64,000 nucleotides of DNA, from assembly GCF_006345805.1 (NCBI RefSeq), contig NC_043005.1, positions 98,890,001 through 98,954,000 on the forward strand. The letters are read 5' to 3'. The DNA comes from Octopus sinensis (taxonomy: Eukaryota). A program made the position numbers and the translations under genes. Below are positions 24,499 to 38,317 of this stretch, one piece after another (within the stretch, counting starts at the first letter, position 1; each line of letters starts with the position of its first letter). The notes beneath the pieces are model-generated. The model was not told where the DNA came from. It did not search any database and was given only the letters and a program-made list of their open reading frames with translations.

Positions 24499-24935
24499 TC
24501 ATCATCATCGTTTAACATCTGTTCACCATGCTAGCATGGTTTGACTGGGGTCTGGAAAGCCAGGAGGCTGCACCAGGTCCAATCTGATCTGGCAGTGTTT
24601 CTACAGCTGGATGCCCTTCCTAACGCCAACCACTCTGTGAGTGTAGTGGGTGCTTTTTACGTGCCACTGGCACAGGTGCCAGGCAAGGCTGGCAACGGCC
24701 ATATTCGGATGGTGCTTTTTACGTGCCACCGGCACAGGTGCCAGTCAAGGCTGGCATTGGCCATATTCGGATGGTGCTTTTTACGTGCCACTGGCACAGG
24801 TGCCAGGCAAGGCTGGCATTGGCCATATTCGGTTGGTGCTTTTTACGTGCCACTGGCACAGGTGCCAGGCAAGGCTGGCATTGGCCATATTCGGATGGTG
24901 CTTTTTACGTGCCACTGGCACAGGTATCACAACTG
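24499..24935 (-). mobile_element. RTE 3' UTR copy with an expanded 62-bp tandem repeat (about 4.4 units, 24650-24924)
   Basis: gtgctttttacgtgcc units start at 24650, 24712, 24774, 24836 and 24898. Confidence 0.9.
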
Positions 24936-25059
24936 CATCATATTTCATACACAATATATTGAACTAATGAGAATGGTAGGAAAGGAATTCTTAGAAACAA
25001 TGCAAAGCTGCATAAAACTGCGATAAAAATGAAGCTGACCTTCAGTGCCGAACACTTGT

Positions 25060-25380
25060 GGAATGTGTCCTGTAAGTGAGCATGAACATAGTAAGAATGT
25101 GCTGAGAAAAGCCTGGGCATAAGAAGAATCGGATGCAGTGTGCAGGAGAGGAAAGTTGTGCTGGGATGGCTATGTGATGTGTACAGATGAAGACAGCTGT
25201 ATAGAGAAGTTCTGGTCACTAAATGTAGGTAGAGCTAGTGGAAGAAGGAGACCCAAAAAGGCATGAGATGAAGTGTTGAAGAGTGATCTTGGGACCTTGA
25301 ATTTCATGGAAATTACTTGAAAATTAAGTGACTAGAGATATGAAGTTATCAGGAAGACCATTCCAACCCAGCACACATAT
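25060..25380 (+). mobile_element. Older RTE RT C-terminal fragment
   Basis: Decayed similarity to 31680-31960 (LGIR.I.C.VQER.L.W.G.VM.TDED.C...G..GRGRP.K.W.EV.K.DL). Confidence 0.7.
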
Positions 25381-26692
25381 GAAGTCATAACTTACGATTT
25401 CATATTAAACTTTTGTTGTGTTGTTCTGAAAGTACTGTGTGTGTGTGTGTGGTGTGTGTGTGTGTGTGCGCGCGCGCCTAATTTCCTCTTCAAGACATCC
25501 ACACCATCTTTCATCTCTCTAACTGCAACTTTCACTTGATACAACTCGTCTTTCTCACCACTTGAAACCATTTCACTTGAAATCTATTCTTCACCCTTAA
25601 TACTGCCCTCTACATTCACTTTTTACATTAACCCACCCCCCGCCTTCACACACACACACACACTCACTCACTCACTCATCATCCACTCAACACTTGATCT
25701 TCATTCATTATATCTATATATCTATCATTCCCTTTCACTATCTCTACTCATGAACACTCCCAGTTCTTTAAGCCCCACTCATTCGCTTCTTGTCTTGGAC
25801 CTTGAGGGTCTGTGCAGACACGTCAACACCTGTATTATCTCTTTCCTACTTCATCATAATCACTCCCACCTCTTCTAAAATGTGAACAGCCATGTAGCCC
25901 CTCTACAGCAAGAATATTCTGGCCCCTCCTCTCATACTGTAACCCATCGTCTCATTAGAATATAGCCACCTCTCTTAGAGTTTCTACCCTAGCAAGCTGC
26001 ATGGCAATTTTACTGGTGGTAGGTCAAAAACAAAGCACCTAGTACATGTTGTAATGTGGTTTGCACTAGAAAGGGTATCCTGCCATAGAAACCATGCCAA
26101 GCTAGACAGTAAGACACAATGCAGTCCTTTGACATGTCAGACTGTCGGATCCTGTCAAAATATTCAGTTGATTTCAGCATTAGAGATGGATCTTAAATGA
26201 TTATGATGTATGTATGTTTGTGTGTGTAAACATGCATATATCATCATTATCATCATCATCATTTTAACATTCACTTTTCCATGCTTCCATGGGTCAGCTA
26301 GTTTATGGCTGCCAATTCTCACCTGTTTCCAGGCAAGATGCTTGCAGAATGTTCGGAATAAATGACAGCAACACTCATTTACAGTTATCACATGATATCA
26401 AAACAAGGAGATGCAAACACGGGCAGAGAGAGAGAGAGAGAGGGGCTTCTTTCAGTTTTCATTTACCAGGTGCACTCACAAGGTTTTGGTTGGCCCAATG
26501 TGTGTGTGTGTGTGTGTGTGTGTTCATGTATACACACTTATTTTCATGTAAACACATTCATATATATCCATAGATACACACACATACACACACACCTGTA
26601 CTTGTCTCCATTCAATCCATGCAAGCTTCAGAAAGTAGAAGTAAAATGAACAAATAAATATTTATATATGTGTATGTATGTATGTGTGTGTT

Positions 26693-26725
<33 letters not shown>

Positions 26726-27589
26726 CTGTATGTGTATATTTTTATGCATATATCCATATGTCTGTGTATGTATGCATGATTGTATTTTGCCAATTATACA
26801 TACCTTATGTGCACTCACACATGTATATGTGGATATTTTTCTGTGTATGTGCATATATGTGCAAGTATGTTTGTGTATACACACACATGCATATCCATTT
26901 GTGCAGGTGTGCAAAGTGAAAAATTTAAGTATATATCCATTTGTTTAATTTAAAATTTTCTAAACCTTTTCTGTATTTCTTTGTGTGAATATAAATTACA
27001 TATCAAGTTCCCAGGCTATTCTTCTTACAAATATTTTTAACTTTATTCATTTATTTTCAAGGATTTGTTGCTTTCCAATCTAATCACCTCGGCAGAAATT
27101 CTATTCCAAACTCCAACAAGCAACGATTTCTCTAAGTCACTTCTAAAATAGAAGAATTACTTATTAATTCTAGATCTAGCGTTCCGCTACCAGATAATAC
27201 AGGAACTGTTATTTGTTCTTGGTTTTCATTAGTTTAGGTTAGGAAATGAGTTTCAGTGTCATCTATTGGTATTGGTGGAAAGCAGGGGGGGGGGATGATG
27301 CTGCACTCCTGTACATCATCATCATCATCTGATGTCCACTTTTTCATGCTTGCACTAGTCAGATTGAATTTGTTCAGGCAGATTTTCCACAGCCAGATGC
27401 CCGTCCTGACCAATCCTTACCCATTTCCTGATAAGGTTATAATATTGCTCTGTGGAAATGTGTTTTTTTAAAAAAATTTTTATGGAAGACTAGAAATGAA
27501 TAACATCGTCTGTACAATGATCATGTTTGTTTACAACCTTCACGTGATGTTAAGACAAGGATACACAGAAATACACACACACACATACA

Positions 27590-27750
27590 TATGTAAAAGA
27601 CTTCTTCCAGTTTCCTTTCAAATCCATTAACAAGGTTTTAGTTGGCCCAAGGCCATAGTAGAAGGCACTTGCCCAAGATGTCACACTGTGGGACTGAACC
27701 CAAGACCATATGGTTAGGAAACAAATGCCTTAAGCCCACAGCCATGCCTA
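27590..27750 (-). mobile_element. CORE-type SINE family B (head and core)
   Basis: ggcccaaggccatagtagaaggcacttgcccaag...gggactgaaccc. Confidence 0.8.
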
Positions 27751-28827
27751 TGATAATGAAGAGAAAGAAAAATGTGTGTTGCATTTATTGGAGGAATTGT
27801 TAATCCCAATCTTTGAATTCCAGTCCCTGAACAGAAGAGATGAAATCTGAATTGACTTTGTAGTATCCTGAGTAAGTGTCCTCACTTGAGTCGATCCAAG
27901 CCTCATAAGTGAAAGTGGGTTGAGAGCAACAGTGTAGAAGCCTTTTAATTGGAGTGTAGGTGTGGGTACATGTCTGTGGAATACTCAGCCACTTACGCAT
28001 TAATTTAATGAGTTGGACATTCTGTTGATTGAACAACTGAATTCTCATTTTCAAAATCTGACAGAGGATTCACCATAAACTCCCACACCCTGCCAAACAC
28101 TCTTGTATAGTGAGAGAGAGAGAGAGATAGTTTCATTTGTTCTCCTTCTGTTTCACTGCCCCCCTCTCTCTCCTACTCTTCTCCTCTCTCCTCCTCTTTT
28201 CCTCTCTCTTACACATACACACAAATCTATTTAATCTATGTTACAAAGTTGTACACAAGTTACAAAGCTGTAAAACTTAATCCATGAATCATTGTGAAAA
28301 TTGTTTATATTTTTCTATTAACAACAACAACAACAATAATTATAATGATAATAATCAGGTTGATTTTCTTTATTCAATAGTTTAAAATTTTTTCTTCTTT
28401 CTTTTTCTTCTCCTTGAGCACACATTTCTTTTTTTTTTTCCCCTGTCTTAGCGTGCATACCTCATTGGTTGCAAGACCTGACCATAATGACTGCTTTTAA
28501 ATTAGCCACAGAACTTGAAGATCATTTTTTCTTCTCTCTCTAGACTGTCAAATATACCACCTTGTTAAATGAAAATGTATCGTCTCCATCGTTGCCGTCA
28601 TAGTCGTCATCATCATCATTTTTGTTTTGATTTTCTGATGAATTTCCATAAATCCCAATTTGATCACGTCAAGTAATGGTGAAGTGATTCCAAGTGATGT
28701 GAACAAGATTATCTGCTGGGAGATAACGTTATTAATTTAACAATTATTGTGTTGCAAATGTGATAAGACCAATGTGTAAAGCTGAAGGTGGTGGTTAAAC
28801 GTGTCAGGTTTTGTTGCTTTGTATGTA

Positions 28828-28858
<31 letters not shown>

Positions 28859-30682
28859 AAGGGGAGAGTGTGTACGTATGGTTGAATGTAAGCTGGATAC
28901 AGTACAACTGATTGGATAAAGCCATTTTACTGGATATTTTCTGTGGCTGCAAGAAAAGTTAGGAAGATAAATGTGTTGATATCTATGGACTAGCAATTGC
29001 CTTAGCTGTGTTGTGTCTGAAAAATATTTATATCATTCTTTGACTGATCAGACTTGCTGTAGGTATTTTCTATCCATAAAATCAACTTTAATTCTTTTTT
29101 TTTATCAGTATTATAGAAAGAAGCTAATAGGAGATGATAAATATCTATAATTTAAAAAGCTGTTTTGGGAATCATAAACATATTATTTACAAATCTTTCC
29201 CCATAAGAAAGATTCCATGGAAAATGTTTGTCTCTGCATCTCATGGTGCACAAAATTAGCAAAATAATTAGTGTAGTAGTTTGGGGTGTGGGGTGGAACG
29301 AGAAGTTGGAATGATAAAGAGAAGAGATGCAGGGGTAATTGAGTGGAGGCTTTCAGCTTGACTATCTGCAATTATACAGATAAGCTGCCTCAGTATCTGA
29401 TCCATTATCACCAACAGGTTTCTTCTGAAACAAAGAATTTAAAACATAACCTGATATCAGATTTGATCAAAATTGCTGAATATTTGAATTTCTTTCTTTC
29501 TTAATGGCAACATTATAAACAATGAGAACATTGTTACCATTTCTAGACTGGAATGTAGCTCCAGCTGGTCTGTTGTTCCTGTAACAATTACTGTTTTAGT
29601 AGTATAAGTGTTGTCTTGTCATGTTTTGCAGAAACCACACATCTTTCATCACAGTCACATTAGCTATGACTCTTCTGTCTCTGTTTACATCTTGGTCCTC
29701 CTCACTACAGTCCCATCAGCTGTAGTCTACCTACCTCCATCACATTTTGCCTTCACCACAGTTCCATTTGCTGGAACTGTTCCGTCTCTATTAGACTTCT
29801 CAGTCCCATCACATTTACATCATTTAAAAAACAGTTTTCAATGTTTCATTGGTTTGCAACAAATCAAATTAAGTCACTTGATGATAATCTCTTCATTGGT
29901 CCCTATTGATCTCAAAATACAGATTGTATACCAGGATTACTAGCACTTCAGACAGATGAAGTATACATTTACATAAATATTCGACTGCAGTTTTGGTAGA
30001 GTCAGTTCACCCATTTATCATAAATATTATATTTGGTTTGCTTTATTATTCCTTTTATTTTATTTTCTTCAGTCTGTATAATATAGATGCCTTGAATTAA
30101 TTAATTATAGTTTTCTACCTCATCAACAAAGAAATGTGGTAACAATTGTATCATGATCTATATAAACTGGGGAAAGAACCTTCAAGGAGTAATTTAATCT
30201 GCAATGAATACGTCACCCACAGTCTTTCACACCAAACACCATCAACAACCAAACTTTTAGTTAGAGTGACTAACAAGGATTGTAATTTAATGCAAATGTT
30301 TTATATGTTTGGAGGAAGTTTTAAGAGCTGCTCTTTAGATTTAGTTTCTTAAAGAAATAGCAAACACACATTCGTACTTTACCCACTGGCCTATGTTATT
30401 CCTGCCTGTTGGAGGCTGGCTTCATTAGCAAGGATAAATATAATATACAAATCGAGTGCAGAGAATATGATGGACTAAAATTGCTATCAGTCAGTCTTCA
30501 GTGCCTGACCCCAATAACACAGCCTCACTGATAAAATAGAAACTTGTTGCCTGTAAAATGGCCATTCCTATTCATTAATTTGTTTTTGTTGAATGCCTTT
30601 TGCAATCCAATGTACTTTCGTTGCGACTCAAAGGCTACGTAACCACTTTATATCTTCCTAATATTTCGAGTATTTACTCTGT

Positions 30683-30939
30683 TATACTCTTATACTTGTT
30701 TCAGTTATGTGACTGTGGCCATGCTGGAGCACCGCCTTTAGTTGAGCAAATTGAACCCAGGACTTATTCTTTGTAAGCTTAGTACTTATTATGTCAGTCT
30801 CTTTTGCCGAACTGCTAAGTTACGGGAAGTAAACACACCAGCATTGATTGGTTGTCAAGCAATGTTGGGGTGACAAACACAGACACACAAACATATACAC
30901 ACCATGTGGTTCATAAGCAAGCTACTTACCATGCAGCCA
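30683..30939 (-). mobile_element. CORE-type SINE family B, core deleted
   Basis: Tail joined directly to the tRNA head; the core seen in 38318 and 50302 is missing. Confidence 0.8.
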
Positions 30940-31318
30940 GTCAATAATTCTATAGCCTGTCTGTTTGATTATCTTGTCATTAGTTGAACATCAAAATCTC
31001 ACAGCCACCATGTGATTTGTAATATGTTTAAATATTTAAATTAGCGTTCAAAAGTAAAATCTTTCCTTTTTGGGATGTCTTTATAATCCAATATCAGGTT
31101 ATAGAGAAAGACAACATCCTGATAGGTTTATGGGATTAAATTACCAAACATTGCACCTGACAAAGTGGAATCATTGTTTCTGAACCTTAGGACTTTGCTG
31201 TTTCTTTTTAATGCCTTGAACCAGCAATGACCACCTTAGAGTAGAGGGATCAACGTTGTTAATATCTTTGTTGGCTGGCTACATAATTAATATGGTGCGG
31301 CAGATGCACAGGGCCAAT

Positions 31319-32441
31319 AAACATCACAGATGCTCAGAAAACAGATTCCATCACATTCTAGGGGAAGAAACTAGAAGTAGTTGATAGCTTCCGCTACCTA
31401 GATGCCCAAGTTAGTAGTGGAGGTGGATTCTTAGAGGGTGTTACCACTAGAATAAGAATAACCTGGGCAAAGTTTAGAAAGCTTCTACCCCTACTAGTGA
31501 CAAAGGTCCTCTCACTCAGAGTGAAAGGTAGATTGTACGATGCATGTGTACAAACTGCCTTGCTTCATGGCAGTGAAACTTGGGGTGTGACTTCTGAGGA
31601 CATGTGTAGGCTTGAAAGAAATGAAGCTAGCATGATCTGCTGGATGTGTAATATCAGTGTGCACACACGACAGAGTGTAAGCATCCTGAGAGAAATGTTG
31701 GACATAAGAAGCATCAGATGTGGCGTGCAAGAGAGATGTTTGTGCTGGTATGGTCATGTACTATGGATGGATGAGGAGAGATGTGTGAAGAAGTGTCACT
31801 CCCAAACAGTTGAAGGAATCCGGGGTAGAGGTAGAGCCAGGAAGACATGGAATGAGGTAGTGAAGCATGACCTTTGAACATTGGGCCTCACAGAGGCAAT
31901 GCCAAAAGACTGAGATCTCTGGAGATATGCTGTGACTGCAAAGACCCAGCAAATAAAATGAGTTCTTGGCTGTATCTTACACCAGTTTCACATAACCAGC
32001 CCCAGTCCATTGAAAAGTACCTTGGATCGTAGGGTGACATGCTGTTCTTGAGGAGACCTATTGAGTCAAGTACATCAACATCAAAATGAAAATCAAATGG
32101 AAATTGTAGTTGTGATTTCCATGCCATTGGAACGTAAAAAGCATCATCAGAATATGGCCAATGCCAGCGCTGTCTTGACTGGCTTCCGTGCCAGTGGCAC
32201 ATAAAAAACACAAACTGATCATGGCTGTTGCCAGCCTCCTCTAGCCCCTGTGCCGGTGGCACGTAAAAAGCAGCCACTACACTCATGGAGTGGTTGACAT
32301 TAAGAAGGGCATCCAGCTGTAGAAACACTGCCAGATCAGACATGACCCTGGTGCAGCCTCCAGGCTTCCCAGAACCCAGTTGAAACATCCAACCCATGCT
32401 AACATGGAAAATAGGACATTAAACAATGATGATGATGATGA
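31319..32441 (+). mobile_element. 5'-truncated RTE-clade LINE: RT C-terminus, 3' UTR of about 500 bp, (GAT)n tail
   Basis: KLEVVDSFRYL, RIRITWAKFRKLLPLLVTKVLSLRVKGRLYDACVQTALLHGSETW, GRGRARKTWNEVVKHDL; ends gatgatgatgatga. Confidence 0.92.
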
Positions 32442-32683
32442 AGGGAAGGCACATTAATGTCAAGTACAAATGAGGTGAAGAAATGATTGGTGGAAATATA
32501 TCGCTTTAAAAATATAAGAGCAAACTAGAAATGTTGAGTTCCATCATATTATTATGTAAGAATCAATAAATATTTGCTTGCCTTTGTGTGTGTGTGTTTT
32601 TTTTTGTATATTTATTTTGTATCTCTATGTGAAGACCATTTTTATAATTTTTGGTTTTTGTTTCTTTTTTTAACTTCTCTCAG

Positions 32684-32805
32684 ATTAAGTGCTGCCAAAG
32701 TTGAGGATTTTGTAATGGCTGTGAGAGAGGTTCATCTTCAGTTCCATTGGCCATTTCCAATTTCTCCTAGCTGTCATTACCAACATCTGAAGAAAACACT
32801 GGCTG
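32684..32805 (+). CDS. RIC1: RIC1 coding exon (phase 2-1, 122 nt): LSAAKVEDFVMAVREVHLQFHWPFPISPSCHYQHLKKTLA
   Basis: Long pyrimidine tract then cttctctcag acceptor; G|gttagt donor. Phase joins the previous exon (ag+a = Arg). Resembles the RIC1 AARVD.FV.AL..LH..F.WP.P motif. Confidence 0.93.
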
Positions 32806-34875
32806 GTTAGTATTTCTTCATTCTATTCTGTTATATACTGTGTATGTTTAATTATGATTTTGACTTCTGGGGATATGTTTATTTAAATATACAAGTAATG
32901 TTAATCTGAAACAAGAGTTCTACTCGTGACAAAGAACAGAAAGAACTGGATAATAAAGTCATGTATTGAGTTATAAGCTAAAAGTGTTAAAACTGATGTT
33001 GTTGGACATGAAAGGTACCTAGCATCATTACACTGTAAAATAATTGATTGTTTAGGAATTTGTGTTAACGACATCCTTGACGACTTCAGAACTTTCAGTA
33101 ATTGCTGCATGTTGAAAGTATTGGAGATTTTTAAAGATTTGAGCAAATAAAGACTGTCACAGTTGTTAATATTCATTTCTTGCATAGACATTTCTTGGTA
33201 TGTTTATAGTCAATGTGGGTAATTAGACTGTGATGCTCAAGTCTTTCTCATTAGAAATGTAAGTGAAGTGAGAGTTGTTTCTGCATTTACTGAAACAGAA
33301 TAATTAAATTGAAGTAGCTAAGTAGATGTGGTAGTTAACTTTCATGTTCAAGTATAGATCAAATTTAGGAAGAATATAATTCAGCAAGACATTTAATCCT
33401 ACATTATCTAGTATACTTACTAGGAATAGATTCCAGATCATTAGGGAATGTTACCTGTGATCTAGACTATCATTCTGCCCAAGTGGAGAGTTATCTTGTA
33501 TCTGATGATGGTAATTATCAACCCTTGAGGAAACCTCAGTCTGCTAGACATCGCATCCAAATTATCCTCAAATTTCACTCTATCATCTTTAAAAAAAATG
33601 AAGGACATATTGGATAATGTTCTAGATATACTGTCTGAAAAACATGCTGGTTAGGGGTAGAATACTTTTGCTAGTAGGTCTACTGGATCAAGGTTGACAT
33701 GTAGCTAAACAATAAGATCTTCTAGGTTATAAGACATATTTTCAGTTTAAGCATTAATAAGTCACTATACAGTTTTTGAAAAAAGGTTTCAATGCTTTAA
33801 CTAGTTGCAAAAATTCAATTATTGTTTGAAACAAATAATTTATGAACAAAAAAATATATCATGTTTACTTTGTGGAAGTAAATCTGCACTTAATAAATCA
33901 AAAGATCTGAATAGTTGAAAATAGATAAAAGTAAAACAGTTTTGTAAAGAAAACAAATTAATTATTCATAGTAAATTATTTTCTGCATTTGTTTTTTCAG
34001 GAATGTGTTTTCTAATTTTCTTCTGCACATGTGTGTGTGTGTGTATTGTTTATGGAACACCTGCATACATCTGTATGTGACAGTGTTTCTATACATATGT
34101 GTATGATTTCCTGTATGTCCTGTATAATTCTTTGTGTGGATTTATATGTATGGTTCTGTTCTATTACCTCCTACGTCTAACTTTATGGTTAAATCTTTGA
34201 CTTCACTGGTTATCATAAGTTAGCAGGTCTATCCTCATACACTAGTTAACATAATGCTTTTATCACTATTAAGGACCACAAACCTTAAATGCAGGCTGTA
34301 TAAACCCTACTATGTCAGAGATTGATATAGTTTACAAACAGTTTGGCCATATAGTTTTTGCTCCATTGCCCAGCCTGTCCCTATGATATTCACTGTTACA
34401 GTAAATTAGGATTAGAGACAGCAGTAGGTTTAACTAATACTTAGTAAACATATGTAATAAGATAACTCAGAGGAATTCAACATGAATTCTAATGTTGTGC
34501 TTCGATAATGTGTCATGAAAATTCAAATTGGGTTCTTCATAGATAGTTTTTGAGTGGCTTTAAATACAATATGGAAACATTCATAAAAAAAAAAATTGCT
34601 AAAAATAACTTAAATGTTTATAACAAAATGTACTAAACTTTTAGAGAAAAAGCACAAAATACATTTGGTTGTTCTGAACTTTAAAAATATGTGAAAATGA
34701 AAATAAATTCTAAACACCAAAAGAAATTTTATGCAAAATTCAAGAATATTTTACTTATTATATTTTGAGATTCTTTTGCAGAAGTTGACACCATATTTTT
34801 GTTACTTTTGGGAGGTTAAAAAAAAATTGCTATAGATTAAATATCAAATGTGTTTCGCTTTCTCTCACAAAATAG

Positions 34876-35079
34876 CATCAAACTGCAACTTGACTCCATC
34901 ATCTGGTTCACCTGCCTACATGGATCTTATGAATGGTCTGGATTCTGAGTCTCCAGCTGCTGCCACAAAATGTAATTCTGAGCTGTTGAATCTGGAAACC
35001 TCACAGCCACTCACTGTTGATTCAATCAGTTCTGCTTATGCATCTGCAGAAGTTTTCCTAAAGCCACAAACAAACAAAA
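34876..35079 (+). CDS. RIC1: RIC1 coding exon (phase 1-1, 204 nt), Ser-rich linker ASNCNLTPSSGSPAYMDLMNGLDSE...EVFLKPQTNK
   Basis: ctctcacaaaatag acceptor, A|gtaagt donor, open frame, phases fit both neighbours. Little recognisable sequence conservation, so support is mainly structural. Confidence 0.8.
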
Positions 35080-35949
35080 GTAAGTATAAAAATTTATCAT
35101 TATTCATCCCAACCAAGGTGACATTTCAGAACTAAACTGAATATTCAAAGACAGTTTATTTCTTAAAAGGTTTCTTACTATTTTAGATTAACTGTCTCCA
35201 CAGTGAGAATTCTGTCACAATATTTATAAATAGGCTGGCACCATGAAGTGAAAGTTATTAAATTTTAATGCTGCCGATTTCCATCTTAAGAAAAATAATA
35301 CATAAATGTAATTTTTTTTACTAATTTAAAATTGTAAGTTTCTTTTTCTTAGTTGCCAAAATGACTTGTTCTGTTCCTATGGTGAAAAATGAACAAGGTG
35401 ATGAAAATATATTGAACTCGTGACACAAAAATCCTGGTTTTTAAATCTATCTCCTAACACTATACCATACCCAAAATCAAGGTATACTACTGCATTTTCT
35501 GCTGTCAATTTAAGTAGAAGTAAATGTCACAAAGCAACAGAAGTTCTGTTTCAATGTGGCTTTGGTCTACCTTTCCTCATATTATGGACTCTTCCTACAT
35601 TCTGTTTGCAGGTATTTCATTGTCTTTAAGTAAGACATTTCTGATTTTTATAGCTTCCATTTCTGTATGGCCAGCCGTGACACTTGACACTTCTTTTCTT
35701 TAAAAGATAACAAAATGTTAAAACTGTCTTTTATTTTTCCCCAATCAAGTTGAATCCATCTAAGTTTTTTCTAATAAATGGAAAAATAATGTAACCAAAG
35801 TTGACACTGACAGATTTAATGCAGTTTATTGTTACTACCTGGTCTGTTACTCAAACACATTTTAAGAAACACACTTTGATGTGACAATTTTAATTAAAGT
35901 GGGTCTTTTGGAGAAAAAGAAATGGTGAGATCAATGTTGAGTTTGGACT

Positions 35950-36650
35950 CCTGTTGATCATGGAAATTGTAGGTAGTAGAATACGAATGTGGGAAGGAAG
36001 GATTGCAAAGTATTTAATGTAGCATTGAATGTGTAAGACAGCTGCAGAAGTAATAGGATATAAATTGGGTACCTGGTGAAAGGTAAGACATCACTTGGTA
36101 TTTGTGGAGTAGAAATCAATGGAATAATAAGAATAGAAGAGTCGTCAAACAAGCATTGGTCGTAATGTATTGGCAAACCTTTGTCTATCAGCTTTCTTTA
36201 TGATGCAATTCAGGAGGTGTATGTGTGTAGTAGCAATGTTCCAGGTATGGGAGCATTTCCCAGATGGAGGAAGCCCTGAAATTTGTTGAGGGTCAGCAAC
36301 ATATTTGAGCTAAAGTATTTTCTGATACTGAAGAGGAAGTTTAGTTTTGGCAATAAGATATATGTGGAGTATGACCACAATGAGAGTTTATCTATCATTG
36401 CAAAGTCCTGCGTTAATAATGAATTTAAAGATTTTTCTTTATGTGATCTTAACGCATAAGTTGGAAATAAGGCAAGACTGGAATCTTGGAATGTATAGTG
36501 ATTGGGTCTTGGTGCCATCAAAAGAGACAATGTTGTCAGAAGTCTGTGATGAAGTATCTAATGAGGTGTGCAGTGTGGTACGCATGGGAATGTGTGGCAT
36601 TTGATATACGTGGAGAACATAACCAAACCCTGAGGTTCACCAGAATGCAT
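35950..36650 (-). mobile_element. Decayed CR1/Jockey-type LINE RT C-terminal fragment
   Basis: Minus peptide KLNFLFSIRKYFSSNMLLTLNK resembles KLGFLFRARKYF...LLTLYKAQ.RP.LEYC. Confidence 0.65.
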
Positions 36651-36871
36651 TGATCAATATAGGGGTTGTAAAGTAGAGAAAATGGTAAGAATTAGAGAAA
36701 AAGAGTGTGTGTGAGAGAGAGAGAGAAATGTGAGAGATAAATAAAGATTTGAGAAAGGTGTATATCTGAGCCTGCACCCACACTATCATAATCACCATTT
36801 TCCTTGTATTAATTCCTTTTAAATATATTATAAACTTCTGTCTAGTGAATGTTTGTAATGTATATCCACAG

Positions 36872-37049
36872 ATGAAGATAGCAGCATTGCAACAACTGAA
36901 GTACTGTCAGACAACAGTTCTTGGTTGGCTGAGCAAGATGTCAGTACTGATCCAATCACTTTGTCCTCAGACCTCATCTCACAAGAACTTGAAATGCTAT
37001 CACAAGAAGTTGCTAACAAAGGTCCACCCATATCAGATCTTGAACTCAG
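36872..37049 (+). CDS. RIC1: RIC1 coding exon (phase 1-2, 178 nt): NEDSSIATTEVLSDNSSW...SQELEMLSQEVANKGPPISDLELR
   Basis: tatccacag acceptor, AG|gtaact donor. Resembles recalled RIC1 ELE..S.ELA.KGP..S..QLR. Confidence 0.92.
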
Positions 37050-37113
37050 GTAACTTGTTTTTTAGTCTAATAATAGAAATAAAGTACATTTTTATTTTAT
37101 GTAACATTGTTCT

Positions 37114-37323
37114 AAGGCAGCAGACTGGCAGAATTATTAATGTGTTGGACTTTGCAGCATTTCTTTTGGCTCTCTAGGTTCTGAGTTCAAATTCTGCCTA
37201 GGTTGATTTTTAACTTTCATCCTTTCAGGGTCAATAAATTGACTGTCAGTTGAGTATTGAGGTCAGTGTAATTGACTAACCTCCTCTCCACAAATTTCAG
37301 GTCTTGTGCCCATAGTAGAAAGG

Positions 37324-37357
<34 letters not shown>
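37114..37357 (+). mobile_element. tRNA SINE family A, tail b, 65 bp downstream of a RIC1 donor site
   Basis: Head, core and tail motifs plus (ATT)n. Confidence 0.85.
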
Positions 37358-38317
37358 GTTCTTTATATGCGGACAAAAATGTGTCTGTACTGCTATGTTT
37401 ATATGCATATAATCCCATATATGTTTGATTTGTTAGTAGTCCCCTATTTGTCAGTTAGGTGAATGTTGCTCCAAGCATTTTGTCATGCATTTAAATAATT
37501 ACAAACTTCTGTCTTTGACAGTATCTTATTTAATTAATTGCTCACTTGTCAACGAGTATACAGCTCTTTGGCTGGTAATTCCTGTTTTGCTGACTTACTG
37601 ACACAGACAACATGTCTACAATTTCATTCTTTGTTCTATTCTTTGAGGCACTTCCTTGATATTCTTCTTCTGATAAAGTGATTCTTCCAGCATCATAGAA
37701 ATAATTGTAAGGATATGGATATGTTTTATTCTAGTTCTTTAATCATTATAGATATATGGCTTTTAGCCAATATCTTCTGCTGATGAGGGCACATGGCTAT
37801 GTTTCACAAATCTAAAAGAACTTATGTTGCTCCATACACCTGTGACATTGTGGGTCTTTATGTAACAGGCATGGTTATAGCATAAGCCACAGTTCACTTG
37901 AAACAGCTGTCAAGATAAGACTATTACAAAATTGTTTTTTAATTTTATTTTGTATTCTATGCAATTATACTCATCAAGCCTACTTATATTTTATCTACCT
38001 TTTTACTTATATCTATATAAACAAGATTAAAGAGTACTTAATACAAGAAGTACAGTTTATGACAGTTTCTGAGGACTGGAATCACGAAACCAGTATCTAC
38101 TGGGGTTTCAGCTTCAAATTTCAAACATATTTCTCCCCTATTAAAAAGCTGTAGTTCAGTAAGTTGAATGTTGCATCGCTCTGGAAATACAATGTGAAAG
38201 TTCCATTCGTAATATTATTCTGTTGGCCAATGTATCACCGTTGTCTTTAACTCTTACAAACTCATTTTAATCAGCTGCAGATAGTTACCATGCCACTACA
38301 AAAGTCTTTGTTGTACC

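Noticed and set aside
24541-25026. 161-aa ORF with internal repeats
   Set aside because: Antisense read-through of the RTE 3' UTR VNTR; the same pseudo-ORF occurs in every copy (3328, 22693, 31888, 60429).
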